Shown: positions 35,922 through 45,983, counted from the first letter of the stretch. The stretch: 64,000 nucleotides of DNA from an uncultured Candidatus Saccharibacteria bacterium (GCA_964434935.1 CAYSWS010000002.1:8320-72319); one strand, 5' to 3'. Made by a program: numbers and translations. Notes: generated from the letters alone by a model not told the origin.

Positions 35922-37022
35922 ATGATGAATACTATAGTGATCACAGGCGGACATCATAGTTCAGCTTTGCCCGTCATCGACGAATTAAAGAAAAGGTATC
36001 CCAATATAAACATGTATTGGTTTGGGCATAAAAAGACACTACCGGGAAGCAAGAACACTACTTTAGAATTTAGGGAGATACAAGAATTGCACATTCCTTT
36101 TTACGATCTTAAAGCCGGTAAATTTTACAGAACTTTCAATCCGTTCAGATTGATAAAGATCCCGGTAGGTTTTTTCCAAGCCCTATTTTTACTAAAAAAG
36201 ATAAAACCTGATGTTATTCTTTCTTTTGGCGGTTATTTGGCTGTGCCGGTCGTTCTTGCCGGATGGCTTTTGGGCATTCCTACCGTAACTCATGAACAAA
36301 CGGTGACCGCCGGATATGCCAATAAGTTGATCAGTAGGTTAGCTAAAAAAGTTTTATGTGCCTGGCCGCAGTCTATGGACGATCTGCCCCTGGAAAAAGC
36401 TGTTCTTACCGGACTACCTATTAGAAAAGAAGTGTTTATGAGAAATAACAAGGATTTTAATATCCAGAACAGGAAACCCACCATCTTCATAACTGCCGGT
36501 AAGACGGGCTCGCATATCATTAATCTGGCTGTGCAAAAGATCATGCCGGATCTGCTGCAGATAGCCAATGTTATACATCAAGCGGGTGACTATTCAAAAT
36601 ATAATGATTTTGACAAGTTAAGCGAAGAATACGAAAAAATAAAAACAAAGGTTGAGGGAGTTTATTATTTAAGAAAGTATATTTTTGCCGATACTATTGG
36701 CGATGCCTATGGAAATGCCTCTTTGGTCATCTCCAGAGCCGGTGCCCATACATGCATGGAAGTTATGATCCTGGGCAAGCCGAGCATACTCGTGCCCATA
36801 TCTTGGGCTTCTCATAATGAGCAATATAAAAATGCTCTTATGGTCAAGGAACTGGGGTTGGCGGAAATTGTAAATGAGGACAAGATAAAAGATGAGAAAT
36901 ATTTTTTGCAGGTCATCAAAGAAGTCTTGGATAATCTTGAGCAGTATGTTTATAAGCAGCCTTTCGAAAAAAATTTGCAAGCCGCCAAACTAATAGTTGA
37001 TGAAATCGTCAAGATCCTCTAA
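35922..37022 (+). CDS. murG: Undecaprenyldiphospho-muramoylpentapeptide beta-N-acetylglucosaminyltransferase MurG
   Basis: N-terminal IVITGGHHSSALPVIDEL (the GGTGGH-type motif) and a GT28 C-terminal domain. Confidence 0.85.
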   Translation: MMNTIVITGGHHSSALPVIDELKKRYPNINMYWFGHKKTLPGSKNTTLEFREIQELHIPFYDLKAGKFYRTFNPFRLIKIPVGFFQALFLLKKIKPDVILSFGGYLAVPVVLAGWLLGIPTVTHEQTVTAGYANKLISRLAKKVLCAWPQSMDDLPLEKAVLTGLPIRKEVFMRNNKDFNIQNRKPTIFITAGKTGSHIINLAVQKIMPDLLQIANVIHQAGDYSKYNDFDKLSEEYEKIKTKVEGVYYLRKYIFADTIGDAYGNASLVISRAGAHTCMEVMILGKPSILVPISWASHNEQYKNALMVKELGLAEIVNEDKIKDEKYFLQVIKEVLDNLEQYVYKQPFEKNLQAAKLIVDEIVKIL

Positions 37023-37791
37023 AAAAAGCCAAAGAATAAGAAAACACCGGGCATCACGCTTTAAGTATCTTTCCCGGAAATATGTTCCGATGCTGGTTTT
37101 TATCCTCAAAATGACAGTAATTCTTGTTATTTTGGCAGGTGCCGTCTATTTTATTCTCTTCTCCTCTTTGTTTAGCATCAACGTGATTTACGTTGAAGGC
37201 ACACGTGAATTTGTAAATAAGGAGGATGTGAGATTAATGTCGGAAAATAATGCTTTAGGACATAATATTTTTAAATTTGATGAAGCGCAGCTATCAGAAA
37301 AGCTGAGCAACAATCTATTGGGAGCCAGATCCTACTTAGTAAAAAAAGAACTTCCGCATACCATTAGAATAGTAGTGAATGAGAGAATACCTATAGCCGT
37401 GTTGTATAAAGAGAACGACGCCAGTTATTTTGTCGATGAAGACGGCTACGTTCTAGGATATGCCGATGACAACACGGAAGGGCTGCCTAAGATCCAATAT
37501 GACAAAGAGATAAAGGCGGGGCTGTTCATAGATAAGAATCTGGTGCCGGTTTATTTGGAATTGACCAGGCTTTTAAAAGAAGAAGATGTTAAGGTGACCA
37601 GTATGAGCTTTTCCGCCAAACATGTTAACCTCTACTTGGAGAATGAGGTGGAGGTGTTGGTAGGAAATGAGAAGAACAAGCAAGAAGCGCTAAAAACAGT
37701 GGCAGCTCTATTAAAAGAAGCTGTTATCGAACATAAAGAAATACGGCGCATTGATATGAGATATGATAAAGTTATAGTATTATTTAAGTGA
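36997..37791 (+). CDS. ftsQ: Cell division protein FtsQ/DivIB (POTRA domain)
   Basis: Basic N-terminus and TM helix, then POTRA (INVIYVEGTREFVNKEDV). Positioned between murG and ftsA. Confidence 0.75.
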   Translation: MMKSSRSSKKSQRIRKHRASRFKYLSRKYVPMLVFILKMTVILVILAGAVYFILFSSLFSINVIYVEGTREFVNKEDVRLMSENNALGHNIFKFDEAQLSEKLSNNLLGARSYLVKKELPHTIRIVVNERIPIAVLYKENDASYFVDEDGYVLGYADDNTEGLPKIQYDKEIKAGLFIDKNLVPVYLELTRLLKEEDVKVTSMSFSAKHVNLYLENEVEVLVGNEKNKQEALKTVAALLKEAVIEHKEIRRIDMRYDKVIVLFK

Positions 37792-37801
37792 TTTTCTAAA
37801 T

Positions 37802-39058
37802 ATGGCAAAAGAAAGAATCATTACCGGTATAGATGTAGGTTCGACTAAGATTGCTACGACTGTAGCCGTGGTGGACGATAAAAAAGTATCTGTCATAGGT
37901 GTTTCAGGCAATGTTGAGTCAAAGGGTATAAAAAAGGGTTTCGTCAGCAAAATAGACGGCGCCGTAGAAGCCATAGCCAATAGTTTGGAAAGAGCCGAAA
38001 GGATGGCCGGTGTATCAGTTTCCTCAGCCTTTGTGACCGTCAATGGTAGCCATATTGAGACCAGGAATTCTCACGGGGTGGTGGCTGTTTCGCCTCATTT
38101 GAGTTCGGAGATAACCCCTGAGGATGTGGCCAGAGTGACGGAAGCCGCCCAAGCCATCTCACTGCCTTCGTCTCGGGAGATCATCCATGTTCTTCCTCGT
38201 GATTTCATTGTTGATTCTCAGGATGGCATAAAAGATCCGGTGGGTATGACCGGAAACAGGCTGGAAGTGGAGACCAACATCATCCACGGCTTATCAACTG
38301 CTATTATCAACTTGACCAAATGTATCGAACAAGTGGGGGTCAGCGTGGATGAGCTAATTTATACCGGGATCGCTTCGGCTGAGTCTGTGCTTACCGATAC
38401 GGAGAAAGAGCTTGGTACATTGCTGGTAGATATCGGCGGAGGCACCACTTCAGTTATAGCTTATTTGGAAGGCAGTCCTATATTTTCTTCTGTCATACCC
38501 GTGGGAGCTAAGTACATTACCAACGACCTGGCCGTAGGCTTAAGGGTACGCATGGAGGATGCGGAGAGCATAAAACTTAAACTGAGCAATGAATACGCGC
38601 TGCAAGCAAAAAAACAGCTCGAACAGACAGACGATGAATTTGATGTGTCTGATCTGAATCTCGAGGCTGAAAGTATTTCCAAGAAGGTTTTATATAGGAT
38701 CATTGATGCCAGATTGGAAGAGATATTCAGCTTAGTGGCTTTGGAGATTGCCAAAGCTAACGTCAAGGGTAAACTTCCTGCTGGTACGGTTGTTACCGGT
38801 GGTGGAGCGCTTACAGCCGGTATGGAAAGAGTTGTAGGAAACGTCTTAAAGACGTCGGTTAGGATAGGCAAGCCCTCCGGAGTGACCGGATTGATAGATG
38901 AGATCCAAGGCCCGCAGTCGGCTGCCACAGTAGGAGCTGTTTTATATGGAGCCCACTTGTATAGGAGCGGTTCCATATTGTCTTTAGAGAAAAATCGCGG
39001 TAATATATCTAGTAAGATTAGTACAATCTTTAGTAAATTAAAAAACTTCCTGCCCTAA
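37802..39058 (+). CDS. ftsA: Cell division protein FtsA
   Basis: ITGIDVGSTKIATTVAVVD actin-like phosphate-1 motif and DIGGGTTSVIAY phosphate-2 motif. Confidence 0.92.
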   Translation: MAKERIITGIDVGSTKIATTVAVVDDKKVSVIGVSGNVESKGIKKGFVSKIDGAVEAIANSLERAERMAGVSVSSAFVTVNGSHIETRNSHGVVAVSPHLSSEITPEDVARVTEAAQAISLPSSREIIHVLPRDFIVDSQDGIKDPVGMTGNRLEVETNIIHGLSTAIINLTKCIEQVGVSVDELIYTGIASAESVLTDTEKELGTLLVDIGGGTTSVIAYLEGSPIFSSVIPVGAKYITNDLAVGLRVRMEDAESIKLKLSNEYALQAKKQLEQTDDEFDVSDLNLEAESISKKVLYRIIDARLEEIFSLVALEIAKANVKGKLPAGTVVTGGGALTAGMERVVGNVLKTSVRIGKPSGVTGLIDEIQGPQSAATVGAVLYGAHLYRSGSILSLEKNRGNISSKISTIFSKLKNFLP

Positions 39059-39070
39059 GTAAAAGTTAAT

Positions 39071-40267
39071 ATGCAGATAAAACCTGAGATTGAACGATTT
39101 GCGAATATTAGAGTTGTGGGCGTTGGCGGCGCCGGGTGTAACGTTATCAATACTATGATCGAATCACAACAGATAAATGGCGTGGAATTTATTGCTGTGA
39201 ACACAGATGCTCAGGCCTTATCCATCAGCAAAGCTTTTATTAAACTTCCCATAGGACAAAATCTGACTGGCGGTCTTGGTGCCGGCTCAGACCCTGAGTT
39301 GGGGAAAAAGGCCGCTGAAGAAGATGCCGACCTTATTAGATCAAACCTGGAGGGGTCGGATATGGTTTTTATAACCGCCGGCATGGGTGGTGGTACCGGT
39401 ACGGGGGCCGCCCCTATTATTGCGGGTATAGCCAGAGAACTTGGTGCTTTGACCATAGGAGTTGTAACCAAACCGTTCTCTTTTGAGGGTGTGCGCAGGA
39501 TGACCAATGCGGAGCGTGGTATTGCTGAGCTTAGCAAAGAAGTAGATGCCTTAATTACCATTCCCAACCAAAGGTTATTAGAGATCGCTGATGAGAAATT
39601 ACCGGTCTTGGAAGCTTTTAAAATGAGCGATAGCGTGCTTAACCAAGGGGTACAGGGTATCTCGGACTTGATAGTTATGCCCGGTCTTATAAATGTAGAT
39701 TTTGCCGACGTTAAAACCATTATGAAAAATGCCGGTACAGCCCTTATGGGTATAGGCATAGGTACCGGAGAAGACCGTGCAGCTGTGGCAGCCAGAGCGG
39801 CCATAACCTCTCCTTTGCTTGATATTTCCATAGACGGTGCCACAGGAATACTGTTCAATATTATCGGTGGTAGTGATATGAGCATGGCCGAAGTTGATGA
39901 GGCAGCTAAGATAATCATTGAGGCGGCTAGCGCAGAAGCCAATATTATATTTGGTACTACGATCGATGAAAGCATGTCGGAGCAGATAAAGATCACCGTC
40001 ATCGCCACGGGATTTGATACCGAAGATATAAGATCAAAACTGGGCATGAGAAAAGATTCCCCTTCTTACCAGAGAGACTCTTTTGAATCTTCAAAACCTA
40101 TAGGGGTTGCGCCGGGCGCACTTTCCGGTGATGAGGAGGATACTGACGAAAAGGATAGCGATGAGGACAAAGATGGGGGAAAGCAAAGAGACTCTTGGGG
40201 AAAACCCAGCCTAGGTGAGGACCCGGAAAGCAAGTATGACATTCCGGCATTTCTAAGAGGTAAATAA
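39071..40267 (+). CDS. ftsZ: Cell division GTPase FtsZ
   Basis: [15 protein letters not shown], tubulin signature [13 protein letters not shown], acidic C-terminal tail with the conserved DIPAFLR peptide. Confidence 0.95.
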   Translation: MQIKPEIERFANIRVVGVGGAGCNVINTMIESQQINGVEFIAVNTDAQALSISKAFIKLPIGQNLTGGLGAGSDPELGKKAAEEDADLIRSNLEGSDMVFITAGMGGGTGTGAAPIIAGIARELGALTIGVVTKPFSFEGVRRMTNAERGIAELSKEVDALITIPNQRLLEIADEKLPVLEAFKMSDSVLNQGVQGISDLIVMPGLINVDFADVKTIMKNAGTALMGIGIGTGEDRAAVAARAAITSPLLDISIDGATGILFNIIGGSDMSMAEVDEAAKIIIEAASAEANIIFGTTIDESMSEQIKITVIATGFDTEDIRSKLGMRKDSPSYQRDSFESSKPIGVAPGALSGDEEDTDEKDSDEDKDGGKQRDSWGKPSLGEDPESKYDIPAFLRGK

Positions 40268-40399
40268 CTATTCCCGTAACGGCAATTAAAATATGCATAT
40301 ATAGAAATTAAATGATTTCAGTTATGTATTTCCTTTGGTGACCGCAAATGCATATTATTACCACAACTTTTAATGTAACAATGAATATTTCATTGTAAT

Positions 40400-40427
40400 T
40401 TGTAAAAATTTATGTTTCGATTAGTAT
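40400..40427 (+). promoter_or_regulatory. Candidate sigma70-type promoter for nrdJ (TTGTAA-16-TAGTAT)
   Basis: The -35-like TTGTAA at 40400-40405 and -10-like TAGTAT at 40422-40427 sit in the 258-bp AT-rich leader, about 100 nt upstream of the nrdJ ATG. Confidence 0.3.
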
Positions 40428-40525
40428 TACACTGCCCTCATATATTTTCTACGGAAAATTGACCATAAGCTAGGCCTATAGGAAAGTAGGCTAGGTGGCT
40501 TTTTTACGTCAAAAAACACTATAAA

Positions 40526-43036
40526 ATGCAAGAGAATGTTAAAACAAAACCCAAAGACACATCTGTAAATGTAAGGTTGAGAAAGATACGTGACATGGAA
40601 AGAAAGAACGAGAACATCATTTTAAGTGAGAACTCCCGAGTTATTTTGGAAAAGAGATATTTAAGAAAAAGCGAATCTGGCGAAGCAGCGGAAACCATAC
40701 CGGAAATGTTTGAGAGGGTAGCTAGGGTAGTGGCTGAACCGGATACACCTTATACGGATATTACACGCACCAAGCAGGATTTTTACAACCTACTAACCAG
40801 TAAAAGATTTTTTCCCAACTCACCGACCTTTACCGGAGCCGGCACTCCCTTAGGTCAGTTAGCAGCCTGTTTTGTACTGCCTATAAATGATGACATGGGT
40901 AAAAATTCAGACGGTATATTTTCCACCTTAAAAGATGCCGCCTTGATACAACAAGTGGGAGGAGGAAATGGTTTTTCCTTTTCGGACCTGAGATCAAAAG
41001 GTGCGGTAGTAAAAAGCAGTAACGGTAAAGCTTCCGGGCCTGTGGGCTTTATGTCGGTTTACGATAAGGCTTTTGGTGAGATAGCCCAAGGCGGTGTGCG
41101 GCGAGGCGCCAACATGGCTGTATTAAGGGTGGACCATCCTGATATAAGAGAGTTCATAGCCTGTAAATCAACTGAGGGCGATATTGCTAATTTTAATATC
41201 TCGGTAGCCCTGACCGATTCATTTATGAAAGCCGTAGTGGACGACACTAATTATGAGCTTATTGACCCCGCGAGCAAAGAAGTAATAGAAACGCCCAGGG
41301 CCAGAGAGATCTTTGATCTTATCATCGAACATGCCTACAAGAACGGTGAGCCCGGTGCTTTATTTATAGACACAGCCAACAAAGAAAACCCTGTACCCCA
41401 ACTTTACGAACTCAAGGCTACCAACCCTTGCGGTGAGCAGTGGCTGGGGCCGTATGAGAACTGCTGTTTGGGTTCGATAAATTTGGCCGAACATCTTGAT
41501 GCCGATGGCAACCTAGATTGGGAGCTTTTTCAGGAGTCTATAGAGCTTTCTACTAAATTTTTGGATAACGTAGTGACCGCCAACAAGTATGTACCAACTG
41601 TGCCTCAGCTTAGGGAGGCAGCTTTGAATGCTCGCAGGATAGGTCTCGGCTTTATGGGTTTGGCTGATGCCATGTATGCTATGGGGATCAGATATGGCAG
41701 TCAAAAAGGTCAGGAGTTTGCTGCACAGATTACGGAATTTATGAGATACCATAGTATGCTGACCTCCATTCGTTTGGCCGAAGAAAGAGGTCCATTTAGA
41801 AAGATCTCCGGTAGCATCTACGATCCGGAAGATCTGCCGTGGGAGCCCCCGGTACCCCTTTCCCCCTACGAACACGACTTTAACCGGCCCGCCATTGATT
41901 GGAACAGGGTAGTTAATGGTATAAAACAGCACGGTATCAGGAACGCCGCACAAACAACCATTGCTCCCACAGGGACCATTTCCACGGTAGCTGGTGTAGA
42001 GGGTTACGGTTGCGAACCGGTCTTCGCTCTGGCTTACTTTAGGAATGTTTATCAGGCCGCGGGAGATGAGGAAGGTCTTACGCTGACCTATACCAGCCCG
42101 AGATTTATCGAGGCTTTGGATAAGGCCGGCATTGAAGGTGAACAAAGAGAAAGAATTATAGACCAGATCATAAAAAAAGGTTCCTGTCAGGATATTGACG
42201 AATTACCGCCCGGCCTCAAAGATACCTTTGTTGTCTCAGCGGACATAGCCCCGGAAGAACACATTTTAATGCAGGCTTCCATGCAGGCGTTTATAGATAA
42301 TTCTATCTCCAAGACCTGCAATTTTCCCTCTACAGCTACCAAGGAAGATGTGGCCGAGGTTTATATGAAGGGGTGGAAATTAGGATGCAAAGGCTTAACG
42401 GTCTATGTCACCGGTAGCAGGCAGGAAGTTGTCCTGGAAACAAAAGAAACTAAAAAAGCAAAGGCGGGGAAGGCTGAGGAGGAGTTCGAACAAAAAGTGT
42501 TCTCTCAACCTGTAGTAGAGGAGGTTAAAAGTGTGGAAATGGAAGAAGCCAGAGGGTACAAATTATCAGGCACTACCTATAAGATCAACACACCTCAAGG
42601 AAAGGCTTATGTGACCATAAATAGAAGTGATAGAGGAGAACCTCTGGAAGTATTCATCAATGTGGGCAAGGCCGGGTCCGACGTGGCCGCTTTGTCTGAA
42701 GCCATGGGCAGACTGGTTTCCGGCTGGCTGCGCGCTTCCAAAAATAGAGCCTACACTGTGAAGGATATAGTCGTGCAGTTGATCGGTATTGGCGGCGCCT
42801 CATCTATCGGGTTTGGCAAGAACAGAGTAAGCTCATTGCCCGACGCTCTAGCTAAAGTATTGGCGGAAGAATTTGATATCAGAGTGAGGGCTAACGGTTC
42901 GAACGTGGTCCACGAGGACGATAATGAAGTATCTTATTTTGCCCAAGCCGATATGTGTCCTGATTGCGGAAACTCAACTTTAGTGTTGGAAGAAGGCTGC
43001 GCTAAGTGCTACACCTGCGGTTTTAGTAAATGTTAA
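40526..43036 (+). CDS. nrdJ: Class II (adenosylcobalamin-dependent) ribonucleotide reductase, no ATP-cone
   Basis: N-terminal RNR region ([14 protein letters not shown]), [15 protein letters not shown] loop, thiyl-radical/active-site cysteines NPCGEQ...[10 protein letters not shown], and a C-terminal Cys4 ribbon CPDCGN...[12 protein letters not shown]. 836 aa. Confidence 0.9.
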   Translation: MQENVKTKPKDTSVNVRLRKIRDMERKNENIILSENSRVILEKRYLRKSESGEAAETIPEMFERVARVVAEPDTPYTDITRTKQDFYNLLTSKRFFPNSPTFTGAGTPLGQLAACFVLPINDDMGKNSDGIFSTLKDAALIQQVGGGNGFSFSDLRSKGAVVKSSNGKASGPVGFMSVYDKAFGEIAQGGVRRGANMAVLRVDHPDIREFIACKSTEGDIANFNISVALTDSFMKAVVDDTNYELIDPASKEVIETPRAREIFDLIIEHAYKNGEPGALFIDTANKENPVPQLYELKATNPCGEQWLGPYENCCLGSINLAEHLDADGNLDWELFQESIELSTKFLDNVVTANKYVPTVPQLREAALNARRIGLGFMGLADAMYAMGIRYGSQKGQEFAAQITEFMRYHSMLTSIRLAEERGPFRKISGSIYDPEDLPWEPPVPLSPYEHDFNRPAIDWNRVVNGIKQHGIRNAAQTTIAPTGTISTVAGVEGYGCEPVFALAYFRNVYQAAGDEEGLTLTYTSPRFIEALDKAGIEGEQRERIIDQIIKKGSCQDIDELPPGLKDTFVVSADIAPEEHILMQASMQAFIDNSISKTCNFPSTATKEDVAEVYMKGWKLGCKGLTVYVTGSRQEVVLETKETKKAKAGKAEEEFEQKVFSQPVVEEVKSVEMEEARGYKLSGTTYKINTPQGKAYVTINRSDRGEPLEVFINVGKAGSDVAALSEAMGRLVSGWLRASKNRAYTVKDIVVQLIGIGGASSIGFGKNRVSSLPDALAKVLAEEFDIRVRANGSNVVHEDDNEVSYFAQADMCPDCGNSTLVLEEGCAKCYTCGFSKC

Positions 43037-43042
43037 GGGCAT

Positions 43043-45181
43043 ATGAATTTCAAGATCAAGAAGTTAAACGGAAATATTGAATTATTCCAAGCAGAGAAAA
43101 TATCAAATAGTGTTTTTTTGGCCGCCCAAAATGTAGGGGGAACAGATAAGGAACTGGCCAAAGAATTAAGCTGGCAGATAGTTGATATTTTAGAAAAGGA
43201 ATTCAAAGATAAGAGGTTCATTACTACCTTGGAGATAGGCAATATCGTGGAAAAAGTTCTCATCGAAAACGGACACGCCAGTACGGCCAAAGCCTTCATC
43301 CTCTACAGAGAGAATAAGAAGCACGCACATCAGGATAAGGATTCGCTGGGTATAAAAGATGATATAGGCCTGTCTTACAACACTTTATACATTCTCAAAC
43401 AGCGCTACCTGAAAAGAAAAGATACCGGGGAGATAGAGGAAACTCCGGCGGGTATGATACACCGCGTGGCAAAATTTCTCTCCGCTGTGGAAAAAGGTCA
43501 AAGAAAGCAAGCCAAATGGTACAAAGAGTTCAAAAACATCATGATGTCCTTTGATTTCTTACCCGGTTCCAGAACTTTAGCCAATGCCGGAAAGAACGCA
43601 CCTCAGCTGGCCAATTGTTTTGTCTGGCCGGTTGAGGATGACATAAACTCCATTTTTAATATCTTACACAAATCGACCTTGATCAAAAAGAATGGTGGCG
43701 GCTGCGGTTATAATTTTTCGCAGGTCAGGCCCGAAGGGGATATTGTGAACGGAATACCGGAACTGGCGGCCGGACCGGTCAAAATGATCGAAATGTTCAA
43801 TCTCATGACTTCACTTTTTAAGCAGGAAGGAAAATATGAAAGCGGTAACATGGCTATTTTAAATGCCGACCACCCCGACATTTTTAATTTTATCTCGGCT
43901 AAAAAGGATGATGGATATTTATCTAAGACGAATATTTCCGTGGGCGTCACCAACAAGTTCATGAAAGCTGCTTTAGAAGGTAAGGAGTGGGACCTTATTA
44001 ATCCCAGAACTAAAAAAGTCGTGAACACAGTCAATGCCAAATCTATTCTGGACCTCATGGCAAATTTAGCCTGGCAGACAGGCGACCCGGGCCTTATTAA
44101 TCTCTCGGCTATAAACAAAGGCACAGCCCTGGCAAATCCTCTCAAGAAGAAAAGAGGGGATATTATAACTACCAACCCTTGCGGAGAGGTCCCGCTATAT
44201 CCGTATGAGTCATGCAATTTGGGTTATGTTAATTTTGTTAATTTTGTTCGTGAGGGAAAATTTGATCTGGAAAGACTGGCTAAAGTCATCAGTGTGGCTG
44301 TGAGGTTAATGGACAATGTTATTGAGGCCTCATGGTTCCCAGTCGAAGAGGTGCAAAAGGCTGTGCATGAGCATAGAAGAATAGGTATTGGGGCAGTTGG
44401 CTGGGCAGAGGCTTTAGCTGAGCTGGAAATTTCCTATGATTCCCCGCAAGCCGTCAGGTTGGCTAAGAAAGTTACCAAAACCATGTACGAACACGCTTTT
44501 AACGCTTCCTGTTCTCTAGCTGAAGAAAAAGGGCCGTTCCCGCTGGTCAAGGATTCTATCTGGGCTGGAAAAAAGCACCAGCCCAGGAATGTAGCCCTGC
44601 TCACATTCCCTCCTAGCTCCAGCAACGCCGTCATCTGTGACACCACCTTTGGTATTGAGCCTTATTTTGCCTTGGCCTACGAGCAGAATGTATTAGAAGG
44701 TATGCGACTGAGGACCGTAGCCCCCGTCTTTATAAAAAAACTCAAACAGAGGGGTATTTATACGGACAAGTTGATACAAAAAGTAATTGATAATCATGGC
44801 AGTGCTCAGGGCATCAAAGAAATACCTCAGGATCTGCAAGTCATCTTCAAGGTAGCTCACGATATATCTTGGCGAGATCACATTAAAATGCAGGCTGCTT
44901 TCCAAACTTATACCGACAACGCAATTACCAAGACCATAAACATGCCCACAGAGACCACACCTAGTGAGATCAGGGAAGCCTTCATCTTAGCTTGGCAGCG
45001 GGGTTGTAAAGGTCTGACGGTATACAGGGATAGAACCAAATCAAATCAGGTGTTCGAATTTGGCAGTTCGCAGAGTTATAGGCCAGCCTTTACTATGTGC
45101 CCCAACTGCGATATACCGTTGGAAAAAGACAACAAATGCTATAAATGCGCCAGATGCGGTTTCAGCACTTGCGAACTGTAG
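43043..45181 (+). CDS. nrdJ: Class II ribonucleotide reductase paralog with N-terminal ATP-cone
   Basis: ATP-cone (residues 1-90: KIKKLNGNIELFQAEKISNSV...), KNGGGCGYNFSQVRPEG loop, TNPCGEVPLYPYESCNLGYVNF active site, and C-terminal CPNCD...CYKCARCGFSTC ribbon. 712 aa. Confidence 0.9.
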   Translation: MNFKIKKLNGNIELFQAEKISNSVFLAAQNVGGTDKELAKELSWQIVDILEKEFKDKRFITTLEIGNIVEKVLIENGHASTAKAFILYRENKKHAHQDKDSLGIKDDIGLSYNTLYILKQRYLKRKDTGEIEETPAGMIHRVAKFLSAVEKGQRKQAKWYKEFKNIMMSFDFLPGSRTLANAGKNAPQLANCFVWPVEDDINSIFNILHKSTLIKKNGGGCGYNFSQVRPEGDIVNGIPELAAGPVKMIEMFNLMTSLFKQEGKYESGNMAILNADHPDIFNFISAKKDDGYLSKTNISVGVTNKFMKAALEGKEWDLINPRTKKVVNTVNAKSILDLMANLAWQTGDPGLINLSAINKGTALANPLKKKRGDIITTNPCGEVPLYPYESCNLGYVNFVNFVREGKFDLERLAKVISVAVRLMDNVIEASWFPVEEVQKAVHEHRRIGIGAVGWAEALAELEISYDSPQAVRLAKKVTKTMYEHAFNASCSLAEEKGPFPLVKDSIWAGKKHQPRNVALLTFPPSSSNAVICDTTFGIEPYFALAYEQNVLEGMRLRTVAPVFIKKLKQRGIYTDKLIQKVIDNHGSAQGIKEIPQDLQVIFKVAHDISWRDHIKMQAAFQTYTDNAITKTINMPTETTPSEIREAFILAWQRGCKGLTVYRDRTKSNQVFEFGSSQSYRPAFTMCPNCDIPLEKDNKCYKCARCGFSTCEL

Positions 45182-45183
45182 CC

Positions 45184-45278
45184 AAATAGCTTATTTTCGA
45201 AGAAATACCTTATTTTCGAAGAAATACCTTATTTTCGAAGAAATAGCTAATTTTCGAAGAAATACCTAATTTTCTTTA
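45184..45278 (+). repeat. Tandem direct repeat: 5 copies of a 19-bp unit AAATACCTTATTTTCGAAG (4 near-perfect, 1 degenerate)
   Basis: Units occupy 45184-45202, 45203-45221, 45222-45240, 45241-45259 and 45260-45278. Each contains the palindrome TTCGAA. The array fills the whole nrdJ2-pduO intergenic space. Confidence 0.95.
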
Positions 45279-45283
45279 GTTAC

Positions 45284-45820
45284 ATGCCAATATATACAAA
45301 ACAGGGCGATAAGGGTGAAACCAACCTGAATAGTTCGACTCTTAAAAAAAGCCATCCCTTGTTGGACCTCATCGGTAACATCGATGAGCTGAATTCCTCA
45401 TTAGGGTTGCTGCATGCTATAAGAAATAAGAAAATAAGAGCTTTGGTCGAGGATTTGCAAAATGACCTATTTTCCTTAGGAGCCAAATTATCAGGTGCGA
45501 AAATAGATCTCAACTATTCTTCCAGGACAAATGATATCGAGCATGCTATCGATGAGTTGTCACTTTCTCTGCCCAAACTGTCCAACTTTATAATTCCCGG
45601 AGGCTCAAAGTTTGCTGCTCAGCTGCAGCTTTCACGGGCTGTGGCCAGAAGAACGGAAAGGAGTGCCGTCGCCTTGATGGAAAAAGGAGTTCTTAAAGAC
45701 AGTGAGGGAGAGGGCCTGATCACGTATCTGAACCGTTTATCTGATTTATTGTTTGTCATGGCGCGATATGTTAATTTTAAACTTGGTATAAAAGACACTA
45801 TTTGGCCTAAAAAAAGATGA
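45284..45820 (+). CDS. ATP:cob(I)alamin adenosyltransferase, PduO type
   Basis: N-terminal signature IYTKQGDKGETNLNSSTLKKSHPLLDLIGNIDELNSSLG matches the YTKTGDxGxT...GxIDEL motif of the PduO/MMAB family. 178 aa. Confidence 0.85.
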   Translation: MPIYTKQGDKGETNLNSSTLKKSHPLLDLIGNIDELNSSLGLLHAIRNKKIRALVEDLQNDLFSLGAKLSGAKIDLNYSSRTNDIEHAIDELSLSLPKLSNFIIPGGSKFAAQLQLSRAVARRTERSAVALMEKGVLKDSEGEGLITYLNRLSDLLFVMARYVNFKLGIKDTIWPKKR

Positions 45821-45963
45821 ACAAATTTTATTACTTATTATTAATGTCTCTGGTTGTTATAGGCATTGTCGTGGCAGGTGTACTAGCAAAAAGGGCTGAC
45901 CAAACGGATAGATTTTTTGAATATCAGAAATCCCAAAGTGGAAAAAACTATGAGGGAAACTAA
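45817..45963 (+). CDS. Possible 48-aa single-TM micro-protein (MNKFYYLLLMSLVVIGIVVAGVLAKRADQTDRFFEYQKSQSGKNYEGN)
   Basis: The ATG overlaps the pduO TGA (ATGA coupling) and is followed by one hydrophobic helix. It is below the 60-aa cutoff of the ORF track and has no homology support. Confidence 0.3.
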   Translation: MNKFYYLLLMSLVVIGIVVAGVLAKRADQTDRFFEYQKSQSGKNYEGN

Positions 45964-45983
45964 TTTTTTGTTATAGTACCAGC

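Noticed and set aside
39211-40047. 278-aa antisense ORF inside ftsZ
   Set aside because: Low-complexity A/S/P/I-rich translation opposite a highly conserved, confidently identified ftsZ. This is the typical spurious antisense frame created by GGN/GCN codon periodicity.
40268-40525. Cobalamin riboswitch upstream of nrdJ
   Set aside because: No B12-box (GCCACTG-like core) and no conserved riboswitch stems are recognisable by eye. Only a simple hairpin and AT-rich repeats are present.
41513-42145. 210-aa antisense ORF inside nrdJ, and 43708-44217 inside the nrdJ paralog
   Set aside because: They are embedded in conserved RNR catalytic regions on the other strand. Shadow ORFs.
45184-45278. Whether the 19-bp repeat array is a CRISPR
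   Set aside because: The units are directly abutting with no spacers, the 19-bp unit is shorter than CRISPR repeats, and no cas genes are nearby. It is a plain tandem repeat.
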